Shown here piece after piece: positions 1-12,600 of a stretch of 64,000 bases of DNA. The position numbers were made by a program, and so were the translations under genes. Each line of letters begins with the position of its first letter. Position 1 is the stretch's first letter. This stretch comes from Orbicella franksi (taxonomy: Eukaryota): positions 27,404,001 through 27,468,000 of the forward strand of contig OZ116699.1 of the NCBI GenBank assembly GCA_964199315.1, given 5' to 3'. A model generated the notes under the pieces. That model was not told the origin of the DNA. It did no database searches and saw nothing but the letters and a program-made list of their open reading frames with translations.

Positions 1-1340
1 AGAATCCCTGAGGCGATATTAGAAACTTAAAATCATCAGGAAATCCGCGGATTTAGACAAATTATAAAAGACTTTTATCCTCATTCTGGTGCGTGCTAAT
101 TCAAAAAAAAAAAATGAATAACAGTCTAATGAAAAATTAACACGACGTAAAACTAGATGAATCTGTAAAACAATCTGATACAATATACTACTGGTAAGAA
201 TTTTTTTGAAAACATACACCTAGAAATACAAATAAAGTCTTTCACTTCACTTCACAGAAGTAGTCCATGTTCCCAAGAATTATTCTTGCAGAGCTAGAGA
301 TGAGAAGTTCGAGTTCCTCAGAGAAACGATAATACAGAATATCAGTAGCTTTATGTGCAAGATTTTTCTGTGAAACCTAACATGAAACATTCATTAACTG
401 TAAAGACAATGTACATACCTCCACCAATGAGCAATGATCTTAAAACAAACCTGATAAGTTAAAGCAGCAGAGCTCGAGGTGGTACCTGTACTTGTATGTC
501 TTCTGGATCATATGTGGTCTGTAATCACAATTATTTTTTCCAAGGTATTCCATTGCAGGATCTCTTTGTTTTTTTGAAGCCACTGATTTATATCAGTACT
601 TTAAAACTATAAAAATCGTATTTACGTTGCCCGCTGGCCTGCCAAACAGCTATCACGATCGGCGCTGGCAGAAAAAGGGGAGAGGGTTAGCAGAGCACAC
701 GAATTTAAAGCTTGCTCTGCGTGTGGTGTCTAGCCCATTAACGGCTATCTACCTCTGCAGCTTGTACCGTAAGATAAGATAAGGCCCCGCCTCGGCATAA
801 AACCCATTATCGCGCTAAGTCAATAATGGGCCATATTTTTCCGTTTCGGTGTATTTGACTGTCTGTCTGTAATGATATTCTTAACGTGTTGTTATTAAAA
901 ACAATAAGATTTTGTCCTTCGTAAGTCAGTTAATTTCATTCACTGGGCTAAGTACAACTTTGCAGCGTTTTCATAGGAAGTAAAACCTAAAACAATTGCT
1001 TTCATTTTCAGTGAAAGGCCACTCGCCCTTCATCGAGACTACTAACAGATTCATGGAGCAAATATGTTAATTTTTCATTGAACTTTCTCAAGTATTGTTG
1101 ACAGATTTGTCTGTTATCAGCAAAATATCAATAATGTGATTAATTACCAGTTTTTGATCATTTACACTATCTGTAAAGGCGATTTAAAAATATTGACGAA
1201 GTCAACATATTCAAAATTCCGGCCACGTTTCCCCACCAGAGCAAACAAATGTAGGCTGTCACACGCAACCAATTTAAATTGAATTCAAAGTCGAATAAAA
1301 GAACAACGACATAATAACTTCAAATTTAAACTGCACGTTA

Positions 1341-1727
1341 CAGGGGCACCCAACGACCGTTTTCTCTCGAATGCTGTTAGACGCTGTTTTAGGCTATCTG
1401 GAGTACTTTTAAAGCTCTGTAGGTTAATGTTAGGTTGCACTAAAAAAATTTTATCTGTTCGGATATTCTAGGGGAACTTGAGTATTCTCGAATTTATTAG
1501 GGCTTTTTTGTCCATTTCCCGAAAACCTTAGGTCTTATCGCCTTTCCGAAAATGATAGCTGACCTTTTTTCGGTACCCACAACAACATTTTCAACAGTCC
1601 GAAAACAACAGACATTAAATTTCTCATATCACGAAAGTTCGAGGTGCCAATTCTCTCAAGAAAATCAGAGGGGATTAAAGGCCTTCCGAGCAGATAATTT
1701 ACCGAAACGATCCGTTGGGTGCCCCTG
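1341..1727. mobile_element. MITE with CAGGGG termini (hAT-like) and 6-bp target site duplication
   Basis: TIR caggggcacccaacg at 1341 and cgttgggtgcccctg ending 1727. ACGTTA is directly repeated at 1335-1340 and 1728-1733. Confidence 0.75.
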
Positions 1728-2454
1728 ACGTTAGCTGGGTTTTAAACTTAATACACTTATTAAGTAACAACTCTAAAGGCGACCAGTACATTTGAGAATA
1801 ATGTATATCAATGTTTCCGTGAACAGTTAGCAGTCTTAGCATGTCAGTTTCAACAATCCAGTTCCACTTTCCCGCTGGAAAATTGCACTTTGTGGGACCA
1901 TGCCAGGAAGGCAAATTTATTTCAAGTCACGTTCATTCGCTTAGTACATAAAAAAGAGCCCTGCAGGAAGCTCTTGAAAATCCCGCTAGATTGGTTGACT
2001 CGAATTAATTTATGCTGCGCAGTGGTCCATATAACCTTAAGGCGACAGGTGTTATATCAAGCTCTGCTTTTGAAGTGCCTCCAACTATTCAGAAATTCGA
2101 GATAGCTCTGTAAATTGAATTTGGTTACCGAAACAGAAACTCTTGATGTGTCAAAATTTGTATTTTTCAGATAATGCACTGCTCTAATAACCTTATGTTG
2201 TGGTCCATTTAATGCGTGAATGATCATTCTTGCCAGTTTTGCTGGGGACGATCATATTCTTTTGAATAACACATAAAAACAACTTCAAAACGTTTTCTTT
2301 CTTAATGTTAAATTAAATCATTTTTTGTAGAGTCTGATGAGTTTTTATAAATGATTTCGTATACACTTTTACCGAAGGAAGGCCTTTTGATTCGTTCTAG
2401 TTCAGATTCAATGCCGTTGATCCAATTTCGATGCTTTCTCTGCCCCGAAGAGGC

Positions 2455-3424
2455 AGGGACTTTAAGATTCAGGACGCGACGGCTTTTAGAACGCGGTGAC
2501 CGATCAAAGACTGGAACTAGAACGCCGTTGTTAGCAAAGGAAAAATAACATTAAGTTCTGCCACGCGATGCGCACAACGCCATCGCTGCGGTATTACAAG
2601 AAAAAAAAATTGTAAAACCCAAAAATAAGGGCGATTTTCCGGGTGGAAAAGGAGGATTTTTCTTAACTTGAAGACCCTCTGACTTGAAATGTTTGTGTAC
2701 TCTAAGTGGTCACAAACTTTCATTTATTTGGATTTATCAACGCTTATTATTCTTTGCTCGATGTTTGATGTTTTCTCGCTTTTATTACTTTCCCTCGTGC
2801 AACTTTTCTTTGGTGTGTAAGCTCTCAACACAGGGTAAGTCTGGTCGCTTGTCCTGAAACATAACCGACAAAAATACAGTATCACAGGTTTGCGGCGCCT
2901 TTGCGAGACAAGTGAGCTTCGGCGAAACATCGACAGGTGTTTTTTATCGGCTAATACACGGGTCAAATTTCGGTAACGATGTGTGTAAAAGACAACGAAA
3001 CTGATCGCAACCAGTTGCATTCAGAATTATGAGATTTCATACATGTTATAAGCGATAAACTTTAATACTTGATATCGACGGTTGGGTCGACGATGCCATA
3101 TTTTTGATGCTTTAGACATCTATAAACAATGTCGGAAAAAAAATCAGAATCTTGAAATTTTGCAATCTAAATCAGCCACAAACTACCTACTTGATTGGAA
3201 GATATAAATCTTAAATGTTAAGGAGAATATAACAAGATTTTCTTTGACACAAGAATGATTAATTCTCCCGTTTTGTACACAACGCCAACATTCAAAAACT
3301 CACGTTCTCGACGCGACGTGACTCCAGTGGGACGACGGCTTAGGCATGCGCAGTGTGCATCTTGCTTGAAAATTTACTTCCGGCGGCATCATAGAGCCGT
3401 CGCGTCCTAAATGTTAAAGTCCCT
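2455..3424. mobile_element. Non-autonomous DNA transposon with ~30-bp TIRs
   Basis: Left end agggactttaagattcaggacgcgacggct; right end reverse-complements to agggactttaacatttaggacgcgacggct. No clear TSD. Confidence 0.7.
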
Positions 3425-3599
3425 ATTATAGAAGGGAGGGCGCGCCGGAAGTGATGAAAGAAGGAAGAAGGAGCTTCGTTGTTTAAAGAGAGAAAGACAG
3501 AAATTAGATAAGTGCATAGACCAAACCTAGAAATGCGCGGTTCTATGGCTATCCTGTTGCATCCTACAGGATTCGAATGCATTTCCGCTAGTCTAAATA

Positions 3600-4215
3600 G
3601 TTTTAGTAGAATTCTAATTGAATACTAATGCAAATGCTACAGTCTGATTGGCTGAGTGATCGAACACTATCAGCCATAAGTATAATTTCAGAGTTGAACA
3701 AAGAGTATCCAGCAATCTGATTGATTGAGCGATTCCTTATATGACGTTATATCACCGCTCCAGGCGGTGAATAAAACGGTGAATATAACCAATGTTCACC
3801 TCGCCTTCGGCGAATAATTGTTAATTACTGTGCAGTGGCTATGAAATGGCGACGTGTGCTTCGTTTTTCTAAAGTTTTGGAGGAACCTTTTGATGCAAAT
3901 GGAAATTATATGCCTGAGAAGACTAAAAGAAGAACGTTTACGGGCTCTTGACTTAAAAAAAAAAAAACTTGAAATTATTAAAAAAGGATGATGCTCGCAG
4001 ACAAAACTGAAATTTCAATAGAATTGATCTTTCTAAGGCGCGAAATTTAAAATAATACACCTAGAGATAATTGGAAACCCTCATCTATAGTAAATTTCAG
4101 TTAAATTCTACTAAAACAGATCATTCGTTCTCGATTTCAATGAGGTGGTGGTTGATGAGGCCGAAGGCTCATCATCACATAGAATTCTAGAGCTCAGTAT
4201 AGTAATCTAATTGTT
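3600..4215. mobile_element. Bipartite element (TIR-bounded body + terminal hairpin), with a nested fragment of a similar element at ~3770-3825
   Basis: IR gttttagtagaatt (3600) / aattctactaaaac (4104-4117). Imperfect hairpin around tgatgaggccgaaggctcatca ends in taattgtt. ATGCAAAT at 3628-3635 and GATTGGCT at 3646-3653. Confidence 0.6.
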
Positions 4216-6060
4216 AAATAACATACTGCAGTGGTTATTTTCAAATACTTTTGCTTTTGCAGATTTTATCTCGCTACCATAATCGCGCACGCATTTTTTT
4301 TATCCCAGTAGTTTATTTTCCTGGATTAAAGTTGCCTCATTTTCTTGTCAATTGGCTGTATCACCCAGTTGCCATCGTTACGTCATCTAACCCAAATAGC
4401 ATGAATGAAAACGGAAAATCTCTTGTCAAAAAAGAGAGACAACAAAACACTGATAAATGAAGGGTCCGGGCAAAGGACGGTGACGTCAAATGGTAGCCAA
4501 TGATATCCAAAACCATTTATTAGGTATTTTACCCTGAGACATTAGATCTTTCAAGTAATGCAGGATTAGTCTTAACTGAACATCACAACCCTCAAAAGAC
4601 GAAATTAACAATTGATAAACGCCTGCGTGTGGACGTGCGGAAAATGTCACTTTTTCTCGTGAAAAGACCCCGCACGTAGACAATTGTTATACTACATTTA
4701 TTCAATTAATGATGCCGGGATTAAATTTTTAAATTCTAAGAAATATGCAGAAAACGTATGTCTTCTTTATCAACCCTTCCTTTCACAGCAAGCGTACCAG
4801 GGTGAAGGTAATTCTTGAAACTTCCATATTAACATGCAAATTTGAATCGTTTTCGATGCGTGACATCTCCTCCTCCCGCACTGATTACCATTCTTCTTCT
4901 GTTTGAACATCTTTCAAACGATACAGATTGTCAATCTTTTCAGTCACTCTTACATTTCGGGGTGAATACTGACTTTGAGCGGTCAGAAAGCTACACGAGT
5001 ACATATGTAGAATAATTGTGGGTGGACGTAGCTTCCACTCTGATTAACTTTATCACGCTACATTACGGTACATGTTATCAACATATTGACTCAATTGGGA
5101 CCAGTCGACTGTATCAATCGCTAATCTGTCCATTGAAATTAACGAGTTGATGTGAATTACAAGCGAATGCAATGAAGGTTGGTGGAATTTAACTCTGTTT
5201 CCACATTAGTATTGTCATTCTCACTGTATCCTGCCGGAGTAGTTCAGAGGATGCTACATTGCAATCATGCAGTCTATTGATGGACTACTGACACATGTAC
5301 ATGTTGGTGTCACACATTTTCGACTGGCAAAGCATTTCTGGTGGTTTCTAAATCCCTTCAATTCTTTCAAAGATCCACTTGTGCCTTTGGAACTGCTCAA
5401 GGCTAATCAGTTCCATATCAACATCACTCGTTGTGAATGACGTAAAACTCATTGTTGTCATACATGTCTGTGTTATTTTAAAGATATTCGAGATGAAATG
5501 TTCGATGAACAAGCAGCAAATGGGTTTTATTTTTGTTGGCACATGCCTTTTTATAATATTATTGCTCAATCCCAGATGGTTAGCGGTAATTTCTACTTAT
5601 GGTCGCCTAGTTTCAAATTTAACCTCAGCCATGTGTGACTTGCGTGACTGTCTTTATGCAAACTGTTACCATAGTTACAGCAGGCGGAATCGTTTACTTT
5701 TTGTTTTGATGACCATAAACTTAAATTTCACAATTGAAAGTGAACTTAAACCTGAATTATGTCATTCAGTCATTTTCCTTTTCTACGATCGATTTAGCCG
5801 TACGATGATATCACTATTAAGCTCAGGGATAATGCAAGAAAAATTTAACAACGAGAAAAAAAATATTTTAGCTTATTTATCATTTACCTAACTTTGGAAT
5901 TTGGAGGACTTTTAGGCACAACGTCTCTGTGCCATGAAAACGGGCCTTCACAGAAAAGCGATATCAGATGTTTTGGTAATGGAAGTATAAAACTGTGGAA
6001 TTGTAGTAGTTGTGAAACAGACACACTGGCTTATCAGAGAGCCCTAAGCGGTAAAACTAC

Positions 6061-6413
6061 TAATCGTATCTATAACAAAATCCTCATCATGATTGGTTCT
6101 CTGCGCGCCTATTTGTCACGTAATCGGCGCGCGATCACGCGGGTGTCCAATTTGAACTTTTTGTTATTGGATACCTGTAATTGGATACCCATGTGATTCG
6201 CACGTCAATTACGCGCGCTTTAATGGCTTCCTTTGTAATGTTTCGTTCAGTTTTCAAAACTTAGGAAAAGCGCTGCATGCGTTTTCGCTCAAAAGAAGCT
6301 CTCATAAGACATTTTTAACTCCGAAATTTGTTATAGATTCGATTAATTACTGATTGGACCTCGTGTCGTACAATTCAGGTACAATTCGTTTTCATAATTT
6401 CAAATTACTCGCG

Positions 6414-6456
<43 letters not shown>
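6061..6456. mobile_element. Bipartite element (TIR-bounded body + terminal hairpin)
   Basis: IR taatcgtatctataacaaaat / aaatttgttatagattcgatta (ends 6345), then hairpin tgattggacc..gtacaattcagg...cctgaattgtac..ggtccaattac. Confidence 0.65.
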
Positions 6457-6462
<6 letters not shown>

Positions 6463-6669
6463 ACCGGCAGTGGCAGTTTGTGTTACCAATTGCTGTAAAA
6501 CATAAGCCTACCTTGGTAAATAAAGTAAAAAAGCAAAAGCACAAACAAACAAACAAACAAAAACACGCCCACACCAAAAACAGGGTCACGAGTTGTGCTG
6601 ACCTACATGTAGCATATGATAACGGAGTCCAAGGCTTCCAAGTAATTTTACCATGATTCTCTCTTGAAG

Positions 6670-9600
6670 GCTAATTTAAAACAGCAACGTAAGACAGCAC
6701 GAGTGTTCTTTAGTTCGCCATTTGGTGGACTGGAAGAGGAGAGAGAAGAATTAACGAAGAAATACTGGCCTCAGTTGGCTTCTATGTGTAAAAGAGCCGG
6801 ATACGAGTTTGTGCCTGTTGACATGAGATGGGGAATAACATCCGAGATGTCGTCTAATGCTGCTACAATCGAGATTTGCCTACGAGAAATGGATCGATCT
6901 GATATGATAGTGGGTTTCTTTGGACAGGTAAGATGGGCAAAATCGTATCGTTTATATAAGAGAAGAGATTGTAAAATATACTATTAAGAGTTAGTTTGTT
7001 ACTGTTGTTATCCACTGATAAAACACCGAATTAACAATGCACGGCTTGTACAGCCAGAAATACAAGAAGAAAGGTAGCCTGACGATTACAATTGACTAAA
7101 AACAATTGACCCCTGTTTTGATTGGCTCATTGCGTTGCATGCGGTTGTTGTCATTTTATGAATTGTGGTTACTTTGGCCTTGGATGTACGGCTACAGTAT
7201 TCGTTTTGTTGTTTAGAGATATGGTTGGCATGGATTGGACAACCTTTTACAGAAAAGCTTTGATGTCGCAGCTGTGAAATACCCTTGGGTTAACGACTAT
7301 CGTGAGAAAGCTGTAACTGAGTTAGAGTTCTTACAAGGCCATCTGAGAAACCCTGGAAAGAGAGCAGCTTGCTTCTTCTTTAGAGATAAGGTGAAAATAT
7401 ATCTATATTGGTATACTTCAAATCTGAAATTGTCCTTTCCATGAACTGTCGTTATTTGGTTTCGAGGAGTTGTTGGCGATGTCTTTCCAATCCAGACAAC
7501 CCAAATCAAAATGGACACACGTGCAGGAGTCGTACTAAACCTGATCATTAATATTATAGTCTTACGACGATATGAAATTGAAGTTAGCTGAAGAAGCTGA
7601 AGACGAAAGACAGGCACGGAAGTTCCGGTCATCAACCGATGGCCCTAAGGCTGCCAAGTACTTAGAGGACTTGAAACGAAGAGTCTACGAAACCAAAGAT
7701 AAAGTGAGTAATAAAACAAAGCTTTAATTTTTCTTCATGGTTTAATCAGTGAGAGGGGATAGCCAACCCACAAAGAGAAATAAAAGAAGAAATGGATCGG
7801 TCTGATATGATCAGCCTGATATTCTTCTTGATAAATATAACTGCGCCCATGGTTCCTTTTTCATAGTGTTTAGCTGTCCATATGAACTACAAAAATCCAC
7901 AAAAAGGGGCCCGATTAATGTACGAGGCAATAGAGAAGTATCTGCAAGAAGTAACGTTAGCTCGCCCTGTTCAGAAGTTGTCAGCTTTGGAGGAGGAGCG
8001 TGCCCACCATGATGCGTTTAGAGTCAGTAGGCTTGCCATGGGTGGCGTTTTTGTGGGCGGGGATGACTACTTAAGTCGACTTGACAACCACGTCAAGTCT
8101 CAAAGCACAGAGGAAAGTCCTAAACATCTGGTTGTAACTGGGGATGCTGGTAAGATAATGTAATGAATTTTTGCTTTTTTCGATTTACGTAACATTTTTC
8201 ATTGTCTTTGTAATGCTTGAACATCCGTACACAAGGGCCTCTAAGTTCCATCCGTGAAATGGCACAAAAGTTGAACAATCCACATATTACCTTTCAGGGT
8301 CTGGAAAATCATGTTTGCTAGGAAGCTGGTCCTTGCATCACCAAGAGAAATTTCCCAACGACGCTGTGGTGTATCACTTTGCGGGTAGTTCTAGTGATAG
8401 TACTGGTAAGCAATTCAGTTTTTTTTGTCGCCATTGACAAATTATTAAAGCCTGTTCATCTGCTAAACCAACAATAACTTCACCAATAACAACAACAAAA
8501 AAACATTCTGCATGAACTTCCTGATAATTCCAGACGAACATTTCATATTACTGTAATTAACAATTATTCCACCAGCCCACGCTGGATATGACATGGTAGA
8601 TAGTCAATGATGCTATAACCATCTCATATCCAGCAAGCGTGAGTGGAATAATTGTTTTATTAAAAACGCCCCAATGATATAGAAAACTAGCATAAAATAA
8701 AATAAGAACGCCTGAGAAATTACGCATACGCTAACCATATTCGTAGAGCATGGTATAATTCTTCATATATCAGGATGGCTAAGCCAATGAAAACTCGTAA
8801 TTTGCATCATCCAATGGTCTAGTTTTTAACATGATAGCTGTATTAGGATAAACGAACTGTTATTTTCATTCAATTCATTCTCGCATTCAACGCTTATGTC
8901 ATTATTTTTTGATGTCTATTTAACCAACGAATCGAAAATTGATCAACAATTGATCTCTTCTTAGTGCCGAGGAAGATATTAAAGCGTCTTCTGGAGGAAC
9001 TAAACGGTTGGTTCAAACAGAAGACACAGACTAACCAACAGGAACTCGGGGGGCAACCACAGTCAACAGAACCGGGTAATATTAATGAAGACGTTCTTGG
9101 TCTCATTCGAAACCTGTCAGAAATGGTGCAGAGGATCACCCGAGCCGGCTTTCGCAGTGTAATTATTATTGATGCTCTGAACAAAGTAGACGACACTGGA
9201 AAAACAGCGAAGGTAATATATATATTTATAAAAAAAAAAATGTTTGTGCGGTCTCCCATTCAAGGAATACAGAAACTACCAATACCGATGACATGGTGAT
9301 TTGCAAGCATGAAAAATATCTCAATTCCTATCGATTTTCTACAACCTAACAAGACAGAATGGCCGATAAGCACAATGATAATCCTAGTTAATACTAGAGT
9401 TATAATATCGTTTTGTTTTCTTCATCGTAGACCTTATATTGGTTGCCAAAGGTACTGCCTCCAAAAGCCCACCTTCTAGTGTCTGTAATTTCTACAGACG
9501 GTCCAAAGGTGACTGAATTGACTGAAGAGAGAGGCTACTCTGTTATTAACATGATGCCATTGAAGGAGAAGGAAAGAGAAGATATTGCATTGGTAAGATA

Positions 9601-12600
9601 ACCAATGCGTAATTGAAACCTCCTTCTTGTGTTCCTGTTGTTCACAGTCAAGTTAAACACGATCTCAATGCAACGAGCTTATTTAAGTACAGTGCAGACT
9701 ACTTTAAGCCCTTTTGTTTCCATTAATGATCAATCGTTGAAGAAGGAAAGAGAAGATTTTGCGTCGGTGAGATAACCAATGCGTAATCGAAACCTCTTTC
9801 TTATGTTCCTGCTGTTCATTATCAAGTTAAACACGACCTCAATGCAACAAGCTTATTCAAGTACAGACTACTTTAAGCCCTATTCCCATTAATGATCAAT
9901 CGTTAAATTCCTTTCAATTAAAGACATTGTCAAAAAAAATAAAAAGAAGAACGGTCATTAACGAGAGAATCTGGATTTAGTATATCACCGCCTGGCCTCT
10001 CGTTACTTACATTAAAATAAGCTGATAGAAATAAGTATAGAGACTGTAGAAAGGTTAAGTAGATAAACCTGAAATGGAAGAAAAAAATTATGTATTCCCT
10101 ATCTCGGTTCTTGTTTCAAACAGGCAACGCTGAAAGTCCGTGGAAAAGCCTTATCAACAGAGCAAAAAGCGAAAGTTGTGGGCAAGACGCAAACGGGAAA
10201 TCCTCTCTATCTTAAAATATTACTGGAGGTAAGTGCTTTGTTCGCAACGTCATCTATATTTTTGGTTGTTAGAACGTAGTCAGTAATTAGGTCATTTGAC
10301 TGTTGATACCTACGATGTACGGAAACGAATGAATATGTGCTTGTGACGTATGGAGAGGATTGAATACAAATGATGATAGAAACGAACGAATTATTAAAAG
10401 GGTGGATGACGAACCATTGCCAATACCACGGTTCTCCTCAGGAACATAATTATGTCATTTCTCCCCAACAAAACTGGTACATTTAAACCGGTTAATTAAA
10501 AGAGACTTACGTATACAAGTACACATATTAGTTATTTCTCACTGACGTATTTGGTATAATTTTCCTTTTGTTCAGGAATTATGCAGCTTTGGAGAGTTCT
10601 TTCAACTTGATGCCTATCTTGATGGACTTCTTGAGACGAACGAGTATACGATGTCATTGTTTATGCCATCCATGTTACATTTTTTGCACTTGCTGTTACA
10701 TTTTTTCATACTCTTTCCTAATACACTATACGCTTTTTCTCTAAGTCTGTTTTCTTTTGTTGTAGCACTAAAGAGCTTTTTCTTAAATTTCTTCAACGTT
10801 TGGAAGCGGATTATATCCCTAGAGAATTTGAAGGAAATTTGATTAAAGATGTGAGTACAACTGAGTTTCCCGTCCGTTAAATACGAATGACTAAGAACTC
10901 TGCCTGAATGTATAAACATAAACAGTAAATTCGATCTAAAAAGTTGATTGTTATTATTATTTTCAGGTCATGTGTTGCATTTTGGTGGCTCGACAAGGAA
11001 TGTCTGAGAAAGAACTGAAGTCGATTCTTCATATAACCGACCAAATGTGGTCTGTTCTCTACTTCGCAGTAGAAGAGTTCATTTTGGAGCGGACTGGGCT
11101 TTACGGGTAAAGATTAGTTTATAAGGAGTGTTTTGGCCTTATTAGTTGTACTGACAATTTCCAAGTTTTTTTCCTCTTTGTTAACTGTGAAGAATGACAG
11201 GAACTCGAAATTGGCCTATTTCATGTGAACATGGAGAAGCCTACATAGAAAAAAAAAATTAGTTCATCATATTGACATCTTGCTTTCAGGTTTTCACATG
11301 ACGAATTATCTGCCGCGGTAAAAGAACAATACTGCCAGGACGAGGCAACTATCAGGCATTATATCATGTTAGAGGTGGAATATTTTGAAGCGTGATTGAA
11401 GGTTAGAATTAGCATGTTTGCTTATGACGGGTCAAACGAGATCAAAACAAAACTTTTTTTAAATAACTAAATCAGTAGATAAAGTGTTTTTCAAATAACG
11501 TGTAGATTAACTAGTGGAGTTAGCCGACGAGTAATTAGCAAACTTTTGAAATAATATCGACTATTATTGTTATTAAAAGTTTCTTTGAAATGGTAGCTGT
11601 TAAAATAACAGATCAGACATTGTTTCTTTGCAACTACTTCTGAGTTTTTGGCGATGAACATTGTGGGTTGTATTTTGCGCTGCTTTTGCTCAATTCATGA
11701 CTGACTGTCAACCCAAATAAGAACCCTGTCATAGCCTTGCCAGCTATTGCCTGTTATTTTCGTCTTTCATAAAAGGAGAGAGATTTGGTTTACGACACTA
11801 ACATTCCAAAGCGCGTCTGCATGGAACTGCCGTGGCTTCTGGCAAAATCTGGAGACATAGATCGACTTGTTAAGTGTCTCACGACTGCTTCAATCTTCTG
11901 GTCACTCTACAGGTTTGCATAATCTTTTACATATAAGTTTGTTGTGCAAGGTACATTGCATCCTTAATTATGTTCATCCCATCCCACAAAGATCACTTTA
12001 GGATCAGTAACTTTAAAGAAGTATGCACAATATTACGAAAATATATTTTCACGAACATTATTTAAGACGTTTCCACTGAGTTGACAATATATATTACAAA
12101 TAAGGACACAGTGCAGACATTTCATATTTCTGATCAAATGAAAATGCGCTTCACAGTTTTTGTTTTATTTAATAAGTCTTACATTTGCTGTTCTTCAATT
12201 TCAGTGATGAGAACAAGTATGACTTAGTAAACTACTGGAACGCAACTGGGTTAACAGGGGAAGAAATAACTGCTTTGTATCAAAAGACAGTTGATGATCA
12301 GCTGACAATACTCTATATCAGAGAACGAGAGAAAGGAGGAGAAACTATCAATGCTGTCAAAAAGGTAAACTGGACAGTTTGTGAGTCATACATTTCCTGT
12401 TCTGTTCCATCCGTTGTTTAAATAACCGTCCTTTTTCCTTTTGTGGTGAAATGTTTCTAATATAACTTTGTACTTGAATGATCGAGAAGAATAGGCAGCT
12501 GGGTTAGTTTCAGTGAGAGAAGCTCAAGGCTGGACAATGCTTTTTCCTAGTGTTACGATTATCAGTTTTATTTATAGTTTCAAGAGCTTTAACTTTGATT

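Noticed and set aside
4486-5500. Protein-like - strand stretches (e.g. QLRLILHYLKDLMSQG; KIDNLYRLKDVQTEEEW*)
   Set aside because: Interrupted by stops and no family recognised. Could be a pseudogene relic but cannot be supported without a search.
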